Below are positions 34,350 to 46,493 of a stretch of 64,000 nt of DNA, one piece after another; positions within the stretch are counted from its first letter, which is position 1, and every line of letters starts with the position of its first letter. The stretch is from Candidatus Eiseniibacteriota bacterium (GTDB lineage: Bacteria; Eisenbacteria; RBG-16-71-46): the NCBI GenBank assembly GCA_041483195.1, contig JBGPFC010000002.1:128001-192000 (forward strand), read 5' to 3'. The translations under genes were made by a program, and so were the position numbers. A model generated the notes under the pieces. It was not told where the DNA came from. It ran no database searches and was given only the letters and a program-made list of their open reading frames with translations.

Positions 34350-35896
34350 TGCGAGTGGCGCTGCGCGCGGCGCTGTGGGCGGTGTCGATCGCCTCGGTGC
34401 TCGTCTACCTCGCGCTCGCGATCCGGCGCATGGTCTACCCGCTCGAGCTCGACTGCATCGAGGGCGTGATGCTGGACCACGTTCGCCGGCTCGCCGCTGG
34501 CCAGCCGATCTTCGTCGAGCCCTCGCTCGGTTTCATTCCGCTCGCCTACATGCCGGGATTCGCGACCGCGAGCGCGCTGGTCGCCCGCTTCGCGGGAACG
34601 CACTTCTGGGTGCCGCGCCTGATCTCGGTGGCGGCGACGCTTGGCATCATGGGGGTGATCGCCTGCGTGGTTCGCGCGGAGACCCGGAGCTGGACCGCCG
34701 CGGTCGCGGGCGCGGGCCTCTACGCCATGGCGTTCGGGCTCACCGGTGGTTGTTACGATGTCGCGCGTCCCGACTCGCTCATGCTGCTGCTCGCATTCGG
34801 CGGGCTCGCGACGCTGCGCTTCACGCGCGGCGCGGCCGGCGCGATCGCGGCCGCGCTGCTCCTGACGGTGGCGTTCTTCACCAAGCAGCACGCCGCCTGG
34901 TTCGTGCTCGCCTCGCTCGCCCACCTCGCGTGGAACGACCGGCGGCGGCTCGGTCCGTTCGCGCTCGCGATCGCGCTGGGCTGCGGAGGCGGCTACGCTT
35001 TGCTCGCGGCGTGGCTCGGCCCGTGGTACCGGTTCTTCACGCTCGAGGTGCCGTCGGGCTGGTCGGAGCTGAGCAGGGGGCGGATCCTCACGTATCTCGG
35101 GCACGGCGTGTTCGGCACGCTCGCCCTGCTCTCGGTGCCGGTCCTGCTCTCGCTCGCGCGCGCCGAGCGTCCGTGGCGCGGCCCTTCGGGGATCTGGATG
35201 TGGGCGGGTCTGGGCGCGATCGGCACCGGTTTGCTCGCGACGCTCGACCCCAGCGCATACCGCCACGTGATGATCCCGACGATGGTGACGCTCGCGATCC
35301 TGGGACCGATCAGCCTCGCGCGCGTGAGCCGGGATCTCGAGTCGGCGGGGGCGGGGGCCGCGCGCGTTCCGAGCGTGCTCTTCAGCGGCATGCTGCTGCT
35401 CCAGTTCGTGCCGCTGCTCTACCCGGTGCGAAGCCAGATGCCGCACCCGCACGCGGCCGAGGCGCACGCCGCGCTGCTGGGGCGGCTGCGTTCCATCGAA
35501 GGCGTCGTGCTCATGCCCTATCACGGATTCTATCTGTCGCAGGCCGGGAAGCCGGTCTCGCTCCAGATCATCGCGCTCGACGACATCCTGCGCGCACGCG
35601 GGAACCGTCTGCTGGCCCGGGACCCGCGGTTCCTCGATCGCATGTTCGAGCCGCTGCGGCGCGGGCCCCATCGTCCCGCGATCGTCACCGACATCCCGCT
35701 CGAACGGGGCAACAGCGCGCTGTGGCGATCGCTCGCGCCGGTCTACGCGCTGGCCGACACGCTGGGCTGGATCTCCGAGCCGCTCCGTCCGGTGACCGGG
35801 AATCCCTACGCCCCGCGCTACCTCTACCTGCCGGTCGAGCCGGCGGCGAGCGAGGCCGCGAGCGCGCCGGCGTCGGCACCGGGCCGCGCGCCGTGA
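34349..35896 (+). CDS. GT-C-like integral membrane protein
   Basis: YPLELDCIEG, YMPG, ARPDSL, FFTKQ; >10 TM helices. Confidence 0.75.
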   Translation: MRVALRAALWAVSIASVLVYLALAIRRMVYPLELDCIEGVMLDHVRRLAAGQPIFVEPSLGFIPLAYMPGFATASALVARFAGTHFWVPRLISVAATLGIMGVIACVVRAETRSWTAAVAGAGLYAMAFGLTGGCYDVARPDSLMLLLAFGGLATLRFTRGAAGAIAAALLLTVAFFTKQHAAWFVLASLAHLAWNDRRRLGPFALAIALGCGGGYALLAAWLGPWYRFFTLEVPSGWSELSRGRILTYLGHGVFGTLALLSVPVLLSLARAERPWRGPSGIWMWAGLGAIGTGLLATLDPSAYRHVMIPTMVTLAILGPISLARVSRDLESAGAGAARVPSVLFSGMLLLQFVPLLYPVRSQMPHPHAAEAHAALLGRLRSIEGVVLMPYHGFYLSQAGKPVSLQIIALDDILRARGNRLLARDPRFLDRMFEPLRRGPHRPAIVTDIPLERGNSALWRSLAPVYALADTLGWISEPLRPVTGNPYAPRYLYLPVEPAASEAASAPASAPGRAP

Positions 35897-36798
35897 TCCG
35901 TCCGCTCGCCACGGTCAGCGTGGACGTGGACCCGGTCGATCTCCACCTGATCGGCTACGGGTTCCGCGACCTCCCGCCCGACCCGCTGAGCTACGAGCGC
36001 GCGCTGCCGCGACTGCTCCAGTGCTTCGAGCGTCACGCGATCCGCGCCACGCTGTTCTTCGTCGCGCGCGATGCGCAGGGTCAGGCGCCGGCGATCCGCG
36101 CGCTGACCGCCGCTGGACACGAGGTCGCGAGCCACTCGCTCACGCACCCGATGGCGTTCGCGAAGCTCTCGCCAGAGCGCCAGCGCGCGGAGCTGGAGGG
36201 ATCGAAGCGCGCGCTCGAAGCGGCAGGAGCGGGGGAGGTGGCCGGCTTTCGTTCACCCAACTTCGACATGGACGCTCGCGCGCTTGCGGCGCTCGCCGCG
36301 GCCGGGTACCGCTACGACGCGTCGGGCTATCCCACGCCGCTCCTGTTTCCCGCGCGCGTGGTGCTCGCGCTCAAGAGCCGCGATCCGCTCGCGGTGTTGC
36401 GGCTGCGGCCCTGGCCCTTCACGCTGCGGCGCGCCCCGCACACGCTCGATGCCGGCGGCCGTTCGCTGCGCGAATTTCCGGTGAGCGTCACGCCCGGGGC
36501 GCGCTTCCCCGTCTATCACACCCTGCGCTACGGAATGAGCGACGCGCGCTTCGCCGGCACGCTCGACGGGTTCGTGCGTCGCGGCGAGCCGCTCTCGTAT
36601 CCGCTCCATGCGGTGGACGCGCTCGGGTTCGCCGAAGACGGCGTGGACCCGCGCCTCGCCGGACACCCGGGCATGGCCACCGCCCTCGCCGCCAAGCTCG
36701 ACCTGCTCGAACGCAGCCTGAAGGCGATCGCCGAGCGATTCGAGACCGCGACGTTTCGTGAGCGGCTGGACCGCGAAGGCGGCGCGCGCACGGAATGA
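35893..36798 (+). CDS. Polysaccharide deacetylase family protein
   Basis: SVDVD, ATLFFV, GHEVASHSLTH, GFRSPNF, YRYDAS. Confidence 0.88.
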   Translation: MIRPLATVSVDVDPVDLHLIGYGFRDLPPDPLSYERALPRLLQCFERHAIRATLFFVARDAQGQAPAIRALTAAGHEVASHSLTHPMAFAKLSPERQRAELEGSKRALEAAGAGEVAGFRSPNFDMDARALAALAAAGYRYDASGYPTPLLFPARVVLALKSRDPLAVLRLRPWPFTLRRAPHTLDAGGRSLREFPVSVTPGARFPVYHTLRYGMSDARFAGTLDGFVRRGEPLSYPLHAVDALGFAEDGVDPRLAGHPGMATALAAKLDLLERSLKAIAERFETATFRERLDREGGARTE

Positions 36799-36857
36799 CC
36801 GCGCGCGGCCGGCGTACCTTGGGACGATCGCACGACTCGGCACCCCGGAGGCACTCC

Positions 36858-38222
36858 ATGAATCGCCCGATTTCGCTGCTGACGCTTGGACTCACGACGC
36901 TCGCGCTCGGCGCGCCGCCCGCGTCCCGCGCGGGCGCGGCGCCCGCCGGCCCGGCGGTCACGATCTACGGCCACGACCTGGGTTTCGTCAGCGAGACCCG
37001 CGCGTTCGACCTGCGCTCCGCCCGCGACACCGTCCGTCTCGCGGGAGTCCCCGACCGCATCGATTTCTCATCGGTGCGCCTCGCGGCCGGTGACGCGAGG
37101 CTGACGCGGCTCGCCTACCGCTACGACGTCGCGGGGGGCGATGCGCTGATCGAGCGCGCGAAGGGGAGCCGGGTGCGCGTGACCTCGCGCGGCGATCGGA
37201 TGACGGAGGGCACGCTGGTGGCGGCGGATGAATCCTGGCTGGTGGTGCGCTCGGACGACGGAGCCCTGAGCACGCTCGCGCGCGTGGCGGTCGATGCCGT
37301 GGCGCTGGCCAGCCCCCCGGCCGGCATCACGTTACGCCCGACATTGGAAGCGGTGCTGGAGGGCGGAAAGCGCTGCCACACCGAGGCCGAGCTGAGCTAT
37401 CTGACCGGGGGCCTCTCGTGGAGCGCGGAGCACACCGTGGTGCGACGCGGCGAGGGCGCGGCCACCTGGTCGACCACGGTGACCGTCGACAACCAGACCG
37501 GGCGCGAGTTCGCGGACGCCACGCTCAAGCTGGTGGCCGGCGAGCCGCAGCGCGCGGCACCCCCCCCGATGCCGATGGCACGCAAGGCCGTGATGCAGAT
37601 GGACGTGATGGCGGGCGCCGGCGCCGACTTGAGCGAGCAGTCGTTCGCCGAGTACCACCTCTATACCCTCGATCGCCCCGCGACCCTGCGCGATCGGGAA
37701 ACCCAGAGCCTGACGCTGCTCGATCCGCGGAGCGTGAAGGTCGTGCCGCGGTACCTGTATCGGGGCGGCGACCCGCGTGGCGTGCGCACCCAGCTGATCG
37801 TGAAGAACGAGGCCGCCGCGGGGCTCGCGGTGCCGCTGCCCGGCGGGCGGGTGCGATTCTACGAGGCGGATCCCGCGGGCGATCTCCAGTTCACGGGCGA
37901 GACCACCATTCTCCACACCGCCGAGGGCGAGGCGCTGACCCTCGAGGTCGGGCAGGCGTTCGACCTGGTCGCGGAGCGGCGCGAGATCTCGAACCGGCGA
38001 ATCTCGGATCGCGAGCGCGAGGTGCAGGTCGAGATCAAGCTGCGCAACCGGAAGAAGAGCGACGCCACGATCGTCGTCGAGGAGAACGTGGGCGGCGACA
38101 ACGAGGTGATCCAGAAGACACACGACTACACGCGCAAGGACGCGAGCACGCTGACATTCGTCATTCCGGTCGCGGCGGGGAAGGAAGCGGTGATGAGTTA
38201 CACGGTGCGGTTGCGCTATTGA
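36858..38222 (+). CDS. DUF4139 domain exported protein
   Basis: Signal peptide; VTIY..DLGFV.E.R, SYLTGGLSW, LVAG, EYHLY, PLPGGRVRFY. Confidence 0.82.
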   Translation: MNRPISLLTLGLTTLALGAPPASRAGAAPAGPAVTIYGHDLGFVSETRAFDLRSARDTVRLAGVPDRIDFSSVRLAAGDARLTRLAYRYDVAGGDALIERAKGSRVRVTSRGDRMTEGTLVAADESWLVVRSDDGALSTLARVAVDAVALASPPAGITLRPTLEAVLEGGKRCHTEAELSYLTGGLSWSAEHTVVRRGEGAATWSTTVTVDNQTGREFADATLKLVAGEPQRAAPPPMPMARKAVMQMDVMAGAGADLSEQSFAEYHLYTLDRPATLRDRETQSLTLLDPRSVKVVPRYLYRGGDPRGVRTQLIVKNEAAAGLAVPLPGGRVRFYEADPAGDLQFTGETTILHTAEGEALTLEVGQAFDLVAERREISNRRISDREREVQVEIKLRNRKKSDATIVVEENVGGDNEVIQKTHDYTRKDASTLTFVIPVAAGKEAVMSYTVRLRY

Positions 38223-38229
38223 GGCGCGC

Positions 38230-39453
38230 GTGACGCACGGGATGCCGGCGGCCGCCGACGAGCGCGTCGGGTTCGTGCTCCGCCTCGGCCGCGCGCTCCA
38301 CACGCACGGCGTCTCGGCGGACCGCCTCGAGGACGTGCTCGACCAGGTGTCGCGGCGGCTCGGCCTCGAGGGGCAGTTCTTCTCGCAGCCCACCTCCATC
38401 TTCGCCGCGTTCGGCGCGCAGGACCGGCAGCACACGTTCCTCATGCGCGTCGACCCGGGCGAGGTGCACCTCGAGCGGCTCGCGGAGCTGGACGGCGTCG
38501 CACGCGATCTGCTGCGCGGCACGCTGGGTCCGGCCGATGGCTCGCGCCGCGTCGATGCGATCACCGGCTCGCGGGCGCGATATGGCGCGGCGCTCACGAC
38601 GCTGGCGTTCGGCGTCTCGTCGGGCGCGGCCGCGCGGTTCCTGGGCGGCGGCGCGCGCGAGGTGGCGCTGGCCGCGGCGATCGGGATCATGACCTCCGTG
38701 CTCGCCCGGCTCACCGGGCGCGCGCCCGCGACGCGCCGGGTGTTCGAGCCGCTCGCAGCTTTTGCGGCGGCGCTGCTCGCGGCGGCCGCGAGCGTGAAGC
38801 TCGGCGCGCTGTCCGTCACCATCGCGACGCTCGCCGGGATCATCGCGCTCATCCCCGGCCTCACGCTTACCACCGCGATGACCGAGCTCTCGACCCGTCA
38901 CCTGGCGTCGGGCACCGCGCGGCTCACCGGCGCGGTCGTGTTGTTCGTCGCGATCGCCTTCGGCGTGGCGCTCGGCGGAAGGATCGCGGCGATCGGACTG
39001 GGCGCCTCGCGCATCGCGGCGCCGGTGCCGCTCGCGGGCTGGACCGAGTGGCTGGCGCTGCTGGTCGCGCCGCTCAGTCTCATGGTGCTGTTGCGAGCGG
39101 CACCGCGCGACGCGCCGTGGATCCTGGGCGCCGGCGCTCTCGCGTTTCTCGGCGGACGCCTCGGCGCGCACGCGCTCGGACCCGAGCTCGGCGTCTGCGC
39201 CGGCGCGCTCACCGCGGGGCTCGCGGCGAACGCGTATGCGCGGCGGGTCGACCGCCCCGCCGCGGTCGCGCTGGTGCCCGCCATCCTGCTGCTGGTGCCG
39301 GGAAGCGTGGGATTCCGCAGCCTGGTCTCGCTCCTCGATCGCGAGGTGGTGCTGGGCGTCGAGACCGCGTTCCGCACCGTGCTCATGCTGTCCGCGCTGG
39401 TCGCGGGATTGCTGCTCGCGAACATCGTGCTCCCCGCGCGCCGCGCGGGGTAG
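38230..39453 (+). CDS. Threonine/serine exporter (ThrE) family protein
   Basis: LGRALHTHG...RLED, LIPGL.LT.AM.EL, LLVPGS.GF. Confidence 0.87.
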   Translation: MTHGMPAAADERVGFVLRLGRALHTHGVSADRLEDVLDQVSRRLGLEGQFFSQPTSIFAAFGAQDRQHTFLMRVDPGEVHLERLAELDGVARDLLRGTLGPADGSRRVDAITGSRARYGAALTTLAFGVSSGAAARFLGGGAREVALAAAIGIMTSVLARLTGRAPATRRVFEPLAAFAAALLAAAASVKLGALSVTIATLAGIIALIPGLTLTTAMTELSTRHLASGTARLTGAVVLFVAIAFGVALGGRIAAIGLGASRIAAPVPLAGWTEWLALLVAPLSLMVLLRAAPRDAPWILGAGALAFLGGRLGAHALGPELGVCAGALTAGLAANAYARRVDRPAAVALVPAILLLVPGSVGFRSLVSLLDREVVLGVETAFRTVLMLSALVAGLLLANIVLPARRAG

Positions 39454-39613
39454 TCGGGGGCATCGAGCCGGGGCGCCCACGAGGAAGATGGCGCCTCGCG
39501 CACTCGACCGGTCCCCCGCGCTCGGGTAGCATCGCGCCCCGAATCCCTCGGCGCGGCACGAGCCGAATGCTCGAGCCGTCTGCTGGGCATCCCACGACCC
39601 CCGGAGTCGCCCG

Positions 39614-42535
39614 TTGAACCCTCTCGAACAACGCGTGCGCGCCCTGCTCGATGGCCGATATCGCATCGAGCGCGAGATCGGCCGTGGCGGGATGGCGACG
39701 GTCTACCTGGGCGAGGACCAGAAGCACCATCGGTCGGTGGCGATCAAGGTGCTCGACCCGGATCTGAGCGCGATGCTCGGCCCGGAGCGCTTCCGCCAGG
39801 AGATCGCCTTCGCCGCGCGGCTCCAGCATCCGCACATCCTCACGCTGCTCGACTCGGGCGCCGGCGACGGCCTCCTCTATTACGTGATGCCATACGTCGA
39901 GGGCGAGTCCCTCCGCAGCCGCCTCGATCGTGAGCGGCAGCTTTCGGTCGACGAGGCGCTGCGGCTGACGGAAGAAGTCGCGCGGGCGCTCGACTACGCG
40001 CACCGTCAGGGCATCGTTCACCGCGACATCAAGCCCGAGAACATCCTGCTCGCGGACGGCGAGCCGATGATCTCGGACTTCGGGATCGCGCGCGCGGTGC
40101 GCGCGGCGGGCGGCGAGCAGCTCACTCAGTCGGGCACCACGCTCGGCACCCCGCCCTACATGAGCCCCGAGCAGCTCGCGAGCCAAGCTGACGTGGACGG
40201 ACGCAGCGATCTCTACAGCCTCGGCTGCGTGCTCTACGAGATGCTGGCCGGACAGCCGCCCTTCACCGGCCCGCCGCAGACGCTCGCGCACCAGCACCTG
40301 AACCTCGCGCCGCGACCCGTTTCGGAGATGAGGCCGACGGTTCCGGGCGCGCTCGACGAAGTCCTGCAACGCGCGCTCGCGAAGACGCCCGCCGATCGCT
40401 TCGCAACGGCTTCGCAGCTCGCCGACGCGGTGCGGGCCACCTCGACGCGGGCGGCCATCGCGGCAACCCCGCCACCGGCCGCGCCGCCGATCGCGATCGC
40501 GGGGCCGGCGCCCTCCGTTCCCGCGGAGCCGTCCTCGCCCGTGCGCGCGCCTTCGCGCCGTGGGGCCGGGCGCGCGGCCGTCCTCATCGCGTTGTTCGCG
40601 ATCGTGGGAGCGATCGCCGCGTGGCGCTCGGGTCTGATCGATCGCGTGCTTCACCGCTCGCGAGCGCCGGTGGCCACGCAGCGCCAGTGGCTCTGGCTCG
40701 CGTCGTTCAACGGGCCGGCGGATGATCCGAGCATGGCGGGCGCGGCGCGTGACCTGGTCGCGGCGGCGCTGGATCAGTCCGAGCGGGTCGCGACCGTTCC
40801 GGCGGAGCAGGTGCGCATCGCGCTGCGCAACGCGGGCCGGCCGGAGTCCACGCGGGTGGATGGGCCGCTCGCGCGCGAGCTGGCCTACCGGTCGTCCATC
40901 CCGGTCGTGGTGGAGGGAAGCATCGGGCGGATCGGGAGCGGTTACAGCATCGCGCTGAACGCCACCAACGCGAGCGACGGCCACGTCATCTTCACCACCG
41001 AGGGCACCGCGGCCGACGAGGGGGCGATCATTCCCGCGCTCACGAGGCTCGCGCGCGAGCTGCGCAAGGGACTGGGCGAGCGCTCCGCGGGCTTCCGCGT
41101 CGAGCAGACGATGGGCGACGCGCCGACGCCTTCGTTCGAGGCGTTCAAGCTTTATGTCCGCGGCCGCACGCTGATCAACGACGACGAACCAGGCGCGGCC
41201 GTCCCGATCCTGCGGCGGGCGCTCGCGCTCGATTCGGCGTTCGCGGTCGCGTGGGGCGCGCTCGGCACCGCGTTCGCCAACATGGGCCAGCCCGATTCCG
41301 GGCTCGCGGCACAAGGCGAGGCGCTGAAGCATCCGGAACGTCTGACCGAACTCCGCCGCCTCGACGCGCTCGGAAAGATCGCGCTCATCCGGGGCGACTC
41401 GCGAGCCGCGATGGAGGCCTACGATGGCATGTTGAAGCTGAACCCCTCGCCGACCGACGCGGCCGTCGCGCTCAACAATCTGGCGATCGCTCTCAGCTCG
41501 CTCGGCCAGGATGAGCAGGCGCTCGCGATGTACCGCCGCGCGGCCGCGGCCTGGCCGATCGCCGCCCCTCCCATATCGGACAACAACATCGCCTCCGCGC
41601 TGATCGGGGTCGGGCGTCCCGAGGAGTCGCGCGCCGTCGCGGCGCGAATGAAGGGCGACCCGGCGGCGCTGGCCATGCTCGACGTCCTGCTGGTGGAACG
41701 TGATTGGGTCCACGCGGACAGCATCGCCATGGCGCTGGACCTGGAGCCGCGGGCCGGGCTGCTGGCCCGCTCGATCGCGGGCGAGGCGCATGCATCGATC
41801 CTCGCCGCTCGCGGTGAGCTCGGGATCGCGGCTCGCGTTCTCGATCGCATCCAGGAGCGGGCGGCCGCGGAGGGGCGCGCGGGGTTTGCGGCCGTGGCCT
41901 GGTCGGACCGGGCGTGGCTTGCGTATCTCGCGGGGCATGAGGCTCCTTCACCACCTGCGCCCGCCGGTCAAATCTTCCCGGGTCCGAGCGCATCCGCGCT
42001 GGGGGCCGCGATGCACGGCGATTCGGCGGCCGCGAACCGGTGGATGGCGGCCTGGAGTCCGAACGGCGGCCCAGAACCGCGTCGGACTTTCGCGGCGCTG
42101 ATCGCGGGCTGGCTCGACTGGCGGCGGCAGCGCTGGTCTCGAGTGCTCGAGGATCTGCGCGAGACCGCCCGAGGCGGGCTGCGGGAGGGAGTGCCTCCCG
42201 TCGAGGGCCTGCGGCTGCCGGCGCGCTGGCTGATGGCCGACGCGTTCGAGAAGCTCTCTCAGCCGGATTCGGCGGCCGTCTATCTGGGCCTCATGCTCGA
42301 TCCCCCGGGCCGCCACACTCGCGTGTTGTCCACGCGCGGCCTGTCGGAGCCGTTCGTGCGCCGGCGGCTGGTCGCGCTCAACGTCGCGCTCGGGCGGATC
42401 GGCGAGGCGCGGCGCCAGTGGGACCAGCTGGCGGAAACCTGCACGCGCCCCGATCCGCCGCTGGCGGCCATGCTGTACGACACCCGCACCGCGCTGCTGT
42501 CGGCGGAGGCGATGCGGGGCGCGGCGAGGAAATAG
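39614..42535 (+). CDS. Hanks-type Ser/Thr protein kinase with TM segment and TPR-like C-terminus
   Basis: [40 protein letters not shown]-like helices. Confidence 0.92.
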   Translation: MNPLEQRVRALLDGRYRIEREIGRGGMATVYLGEDQKHHRSVAIKVLDPDLSAMLGPERFRQEIAFAARLQHPHILTLLDSGAGDGLLYYVMPYVEGESLRSRLDRERQLSVDEALRLTEEVARALDYAHRQGIVHRDIKPENILLADGEPMISDFGIARAVRAAGGEQLTQSGTTLGTPPYMSPEQLASQADVDGRSDLYSLGCVLYEMLAGQPPFTGPPQTLAHQHLNLAPRPVSEMRPTVPGALDEVLQRALAKTPADRFATASQLADAVRATSTRAAIAATPPPAAPPIAIAGPAPSVPAEPSSPVRAPSRRGAGRAAVLIALFAIVGAIAAWRSGLIDRVLHRSRAPVATQRQWLWLASFNGPADDPSMAGAARDLVAAALDQSERVATVPAEQVRIALRNAGRPESTRVDGPLARELAYRSSIPVVVEGSIGRIGSGYSIALNATNASDGHVIFTTEGTAADEGAIIPALTRLARELRKGLGERSAGFRVEQTMGDAPTPSFEAFKLYVRGRTLINDDEPGAAVPILRRALALDSAFAVAWGALGTAFANMGQPDSGLAAQGEALKHPERLTELRRLDALGKIALIRGDSRAAMEAYDGMLKLNPSPTDAAVALNNLAIALSSLGQDEQALAMYRRAAAAWPIAAPPISDNNIASALIGVGRPEESRAVAARMKGDPAALAMLDVLLVERDWVHADSIAMALDLEPRAGLLARSIAGEAHASILAARGELGIAARVLDRIQERAAAEGRAGFAAVAWSDRAWLAYLAGHEAPSPPAPAGQIFPGPSASALGAAMHGDSAAANRWMAAWSPNGGPEPRRTFAALIAGWLDWRRQRWSRVLEDLRETARGGLREGVPPVEGLRLPARWLMADAFEKLSQPDSAAVYLGLMLDPPGRHTRVLSTRGLSEPFVRRRLVALNVALGRIGEARRQWDQLAETCTRPDPPLAAMLYDTRTALLSAEAMRGAARK

Positions 42536-42678
42536 CGGGCGATGCAGGGCCGGGCGCGCTCGCGCGCTCGCGCGATCGCGGCTCAACCACGCGAGCGTCG
42601 CCAGCGTGCGCGGGGGCGGGCGCCGCGCTTCGCCGCCCGCTCGACCGCACCCCCCGCCTCCGCTACCATCGCCCGGCC

Positions 42679-44796
42679 ATGCCATTCGAACTGCGCGCCC
42701 CATACTCGCCCCGCGGCGACCAGCCCGACGCCATCGCCGAGCTGGCCTCCGGCCTCGAGCGTGGCGACCGTTACCAGACCCTGCTGGGCGTGACGGGTTC
42801 GGGAAAGACCTACACGGTCGCCAACGTGATCGCGCGGTGGAAGCGGCCCACCCTCGTCATCTCGCACAACAAGACGCTCGCGGCCCAGCTCTACGGCGAG
42901 TTCCGCCAGTTCTTCCCGGACAACGCGGTGGGCTACTTCATCTCGTACTACGACTACTACCAGCCCGAAGCCTACGTTCCATCGACCAACACCTACATCG
43001 CGAAGGACGCGAGCATCAATGACGACATCGACCGGCTGCGGCTGCAGGCCACATCGATGCTGCTCGAGCGCGAAGACGTCATCATCGTCGCGAGCGTCTC
43101 GTGCATCTACGGGCTGGGGACGCCCGAGGACTGGAAGGGGATGCGGCTGAACGCGGCCGCCGGCGAGCGTGTGAGCCGTCGCGACCTGCTCGAGAAGCTG
43201 GTCTCGATCCAGTACCAGCGCAACGACATCGAGGTGGGGCGCGGCTGCTTCCGCGTGCGCGGCGACGTGGTCGAGGTGCATCCGGCGTACGAAGACACGA
43301 TCGTGCGCATCGAGCTGGACGACGACGTGGTGGCGCGCATCTCGGCGGTGGACCCGGTGACGGGACAGGTGCAGCGCCGCATGGAGAAGCTGGCGCTCTA
43401 CCCGGCCAAGCACTTCGTGACGCCCGAGCCCCGAATGCACGCCGCGCTCGCGGGCATCCGCGCGGAGTTGAACCAGCAGCTCGAGAAGTTCCGCGTCGAT
43501 GGCAAGCTGCTCGAGGCGCAGCGGCTCAAGCAGCGCACCGACTACGACCTCGAGATGCTGCGCTCGATCGGCACCTGCCCCGGGGTGGAGAACTACTCGC
43601 GCCATCTCTCGGGGCGCGCGGCGGGCGAGCGCCCGGGCTGCCTGATCGACTACTTCCCAGACGACTTCCTGCTGGTGATCGACGAATCGCACGTCACCGT
43701 CCCGCAGATCGGGGCCATGTACGAGGGCGACCGCTCACGCAAGCAGACGCTGGTCGAGTTCGGATTCCGCCTGCCCTCGGCGCTCGACAACCGCCCGCTT
43801 CGCTTCGACGAGTTCGAGACCCTCACCGGGCCGACGCTGTTCGTATCGGCGACGCCGGCCGAGTACGAACTGCAGAAGACGCGGGGCGTCGTGGTCGAGC
43901 AGATCATCCGGCCCACCGGGCTGGTGGATCCCGAGGTCGAGGTGAAGCCGATCCAGGGCCAGGTGGACGACCTGCTGGCCGAGATCCGCACGCGCGTCGA
44001 GCACCGGGAACGCGTGCTGGTCACGACCCTCACCAAGCGCATGGCCGAGGACCTGACCGACTACCTGAAGGAGATGGGCGTCCGCGTGCGCTACCTCCAC
44101 AGCGACATCGATGCCCTCGAACGCGTCAACATCCTGCGCGGACTTCGCCTCGCCGACTTCGACGTGCTGGTGGGCATCAACCTGTTGCGCGAGGGACTCG
44201 ACCTCCCCGAGGTGTCGCTGGTGGCGATCCTCGACGCCGACAAGGAGGGCTTCCTGCGCTCGGAGCGCTCCCTGATCCAGACCGCGGGACGGGCCGCGCG
44301 CAACGTGAGCGGGCGCGTGGTGCTGTACGCCGACGTCATGACCGACTCGATGCGGCGCGCGCTCGAGGAATTCGCGCGCCGGCGCACGAAGCAGCTCGAG
44401 TACAACCGCGCGAACGGCATCACGCCCCGCACCGTCGAGAAGAGCGTACAGGACGTGATGCGCTCGACCTCGGTGGCCGACTCGATCGGCGCGAGCGAGG
44501 AGCAGGAGGTGCGCGCGTTGCTGGGAGCGATCGGCGAGGACGGCCCGGAGGCGCTGGTCGCGCGCCTCGAGGCCGAGATGCTGGATGCCGCCCGCAAGCT
44601 GGAGTTCGAGCGCGCGGCGTCGCTGCGGGACCGGATCGACGAGGTGCGGCTCGCGCTCGGCGCCGCGGAGCGCATGGGCCTGACCCCTGCGCAGTCCGCG
44701 CATGCCGCGGCGGGCGGTCCCGAGGGTCCGCTGGTGAGACGCCGGACGCCGCGGGAGCCGCGCGCCGTGAAGCGCCGCTTCGGGCGGGATCGCTGA
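42679..44796 (+). CDS. uvrB: Excinuclease ABC subunit B
   Basis: [35 protein letters not shown] domain. Confidence 0.98.
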   Translation: MPFELRAPYSPRGDQPDAIAELASGLERGDRYQTLLGVTGSGKTYTVANVIARWKRPTLVISHNKTLAAQLYGEFRQFFPDNAVGYFISYYDYYQPEAYVPSTNTYIAKDASINDDIDRLRLQATSMLLEREDVIIVASVSCIYGLGTPEDWKGMRLNAAAGERVSRRDLLEKLVSIQYQRNDIEVGRGCFRVRGDVVEVHPAYEDTIVRIELDDDVVARISAVDPVTGQVQRRMEKLALYPAKHFVTPEPRMHAALAGIRAELNQQLEKFRVDGKLLEAQRLKQRTDYDLEMLRSIGTCPGVENYSRHLSGRAAGERPGCLIDYFPDDFLLVIDESHVTVPQIGAMYEGDRSRKQTLVEFGFRLPSALDNRPLRFDEFETLTGPTLFVSATPAEYELQKTRGVVVEQIIRPTGLVDPEVEVKPIQGQVDDLLAEIRTRVEHRERVLVTTLTKRMAEDLTDYLKEMGVRVRYLHSDIDALERVNILRGLRLADFDVLVGINLLREGLDLPEVSLVAILDADKEGFLRSERSLIQTAGRAARNVSGRVVLYADVMTDSMRRALEEFARRRTKQLEYNRANGITPRTVEKSVQDVMRSTSVADSIGASEEQEVRALLGAIGEDGPEALVARLEAEMLDAARKLEFERAASLRDRIDEVRLALGAAERMGLTPAQSAHAAAGGPEGPLVRRRTPREPRAVKRRFGRDR

Positions 44797-44797
44797 C

Positions 44798-45691
44798 ATG
44801 CTCGAAGCCATCGCGTTGCCGATCGTGAAGTACGCGCTGAGCGAAGACGTGGGGACCGGCGACATCACGACGCTCAATGCGATTCCATCGGGCGTGAACG
44901 CCCGGGCGGCGATCATGGCGCACGCGCCGGGCGTGATCGCGGGGCTCGACGTGGCGCGGCTCACGTTTCGCGAGGGGGACGCCGGTCTCAAGTTTCGCCC
45001 GCTCGCGCGCGACGGCGACGCGGTCGAGGCCGGCGCGGCGGTCGCGCAGGTCATTGGCGACGTGGGCGGCATCCTCAAGGTCGAGCGCACGGCGCTCAAC
45101 TTCCTCCAGCACCTGTCGGGCATCGCCACCCTCACGCGCCGCTACGTCGACGCCGTGCGCGGCACCGGCGTGATCATCCTCGACACGCGCAAGACCACGC
45201 CCGGTCTGCGCTTCCTCGAGAAGTACGCGGTCACGGCGGGCGGGGGCGAGAACCACCGCCTCGCGCTCTGGGACATGTACCTGGTCAAGGACAACCACGT
45301 GCGCGCGGCCGGCGGCCTCACCGCGGCGATCGATCGCATCTCGCGCACCCGACAGGGCGACCTGCTGCTCGAGGTCGAGGTGGAGTCGCTCGATCAGCTG
45401 CGCGAGGCGCTGCGTCCCGAGGTGGACCGCATCCTGGTGGACAACCGTCCGCCCGAGGAGGTGCGGATCGCGGTCGCCGAGGTGGACCGCTGGTGCGCGG
45501 AGCAGCGTGAGCCCAGCCCGCGACGCACCGCGGCCGCGAAGCGCTGGCCCGAGGTCGAAGTCTCGGGCGGCGTCAACCTCGACAGCGTGCGCGCCTTCGC
45601 CGCCACCGGCACGGACTACATTTCGGTCGGCGCGCTCACGCACAGCGCGCCCGCGCTGAATCTGAGCCTGGAGATCGAGGAAGTTGGCTGA
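44798..45691 (+). CDS. nadC: Nicotinate-nucleotide pyrophosphorylase
   Basis: EDVGTGDITT, ERTALNFLQ, DTRKTTPG, KDNH, ISVGALTH. Confidence 0.96.
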   Translation: MLEAIALPIVKYALSEDVGTGDITTLNAIPSGVNARAAIMAHAPGVIAGLDVARLTFREGDAGLKFRPLARDGDAVEAGAAVAQVIGDVGGILKVERTALNFLQHLSGIATLTRRYVDAVRGTGVIILDTRKTTPGLRFLEKYAVTAGGGENHRLALWDMYLVKDNHVRAAGGLTAAIDRISRTRQGDLLLEVEVESLDQLREALRPEVDRILVDNRPPEEVRIAVAEVDRWCAEQREPSPRRTAAAKRWPEVEVSGGVNLDSVRAFAATGTDYISVGALTHSAPALNLSLEIEEVG

Positions 45692-46493
45692 GACCCTCTT
45701 CGAACGCGCCGCGTACGAAGCGCGGCTCACCACGCGCAGCCTCGGGCGCACGCTGATCGCGCGCGCCGAGGTCGCATCCACCAACGACGTCGCGTGGGAC
45801 GCGCTGGGGGAAGGCCTGCCCGACGGCACGGCGGTGGTCGCCGATGCGCAGACCCGGGGCCGCGGGCGCGCGGGCCGCGACTGGCACACCGGCCCCGGCA
45901 AGGGCCTCGCGCTGAGCGTGCTGCTCCAATCGGGCTGCGATCGCCGGCCGCTCGGCCTGCTGCCGCTCGCGGCGGGCCTCGCGCTCGCCCGCGGGCTGGA
46001 GCGGCTCGGCGCGCGCGCCGAGCTCAAGTGGCCGAACGATCTACTGCTGGCGGGCCGCAAGCTGGCGGGCGTGTTGTGCGAGAGCCGCGGCGTGCGCGGC
46101 GCCGAGGCCGCCGTGATCGGCGCCGGCGTCAACGTCGCGCACGCGCCAGAGGATTTTCCGCCGGCGCTGGCGGCGGTCGCGACCTCGCTCGCGATGGAGG
46201 GCTGCGTCACGACCCGTGAGGCGGTGGCCGCCGAGTTCCTGAACGCGCTCGAGCCGCTGTGGAACGAGCTGCGGGAGGGAGATCCCATGGCGGTGCTGGG
46301 CGCGTGGCGATCGCGGGCCGGCTTCTGGGGCCGCGCGGTGCGCGTGCGGACCCCGGGCGGGCCGGTCGATGGCATCGCGCGCGCCCTCGACGACGACGGG
46401 GCACTCGTGATCGAGGACGCGAGCGGCGCGACGATCACCGTGCTGGCGGGCGACCTCGACATCGCGGGCGCGAGCGTGCGCGAGGGCGCATGA
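45684..46493 (+). CDS. birA: Biotin--[acetyl-CoA carboxylase] ligase (no HTH)
   Basis: STND, QTRGRGR, KWPND, KLAGVLCE. Confidence 0.94.
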   Translation: MAETLFERAAYEARLTTRSLGRTLIARAEVASTNDVAWDALGEGLPDGTAVVADAQTRGRGRAGRDWHTGPGKGLALSVLLQSGCDRRPLGLLPLAAGLALARGLERLGARAELKWPNDLLLAGRKLAGVLCESRGVRGAEAAVIGAGVNVAHAPEDFPPALAAVATSLAMEGCVTTREAVAAEFLNALEPLWNELREGDPMAVLGAWRSRAGFWGRAVRVRTPGGPVDGIARALDDDGALVIEDASGATITVLAGDLDIAGASVREGA

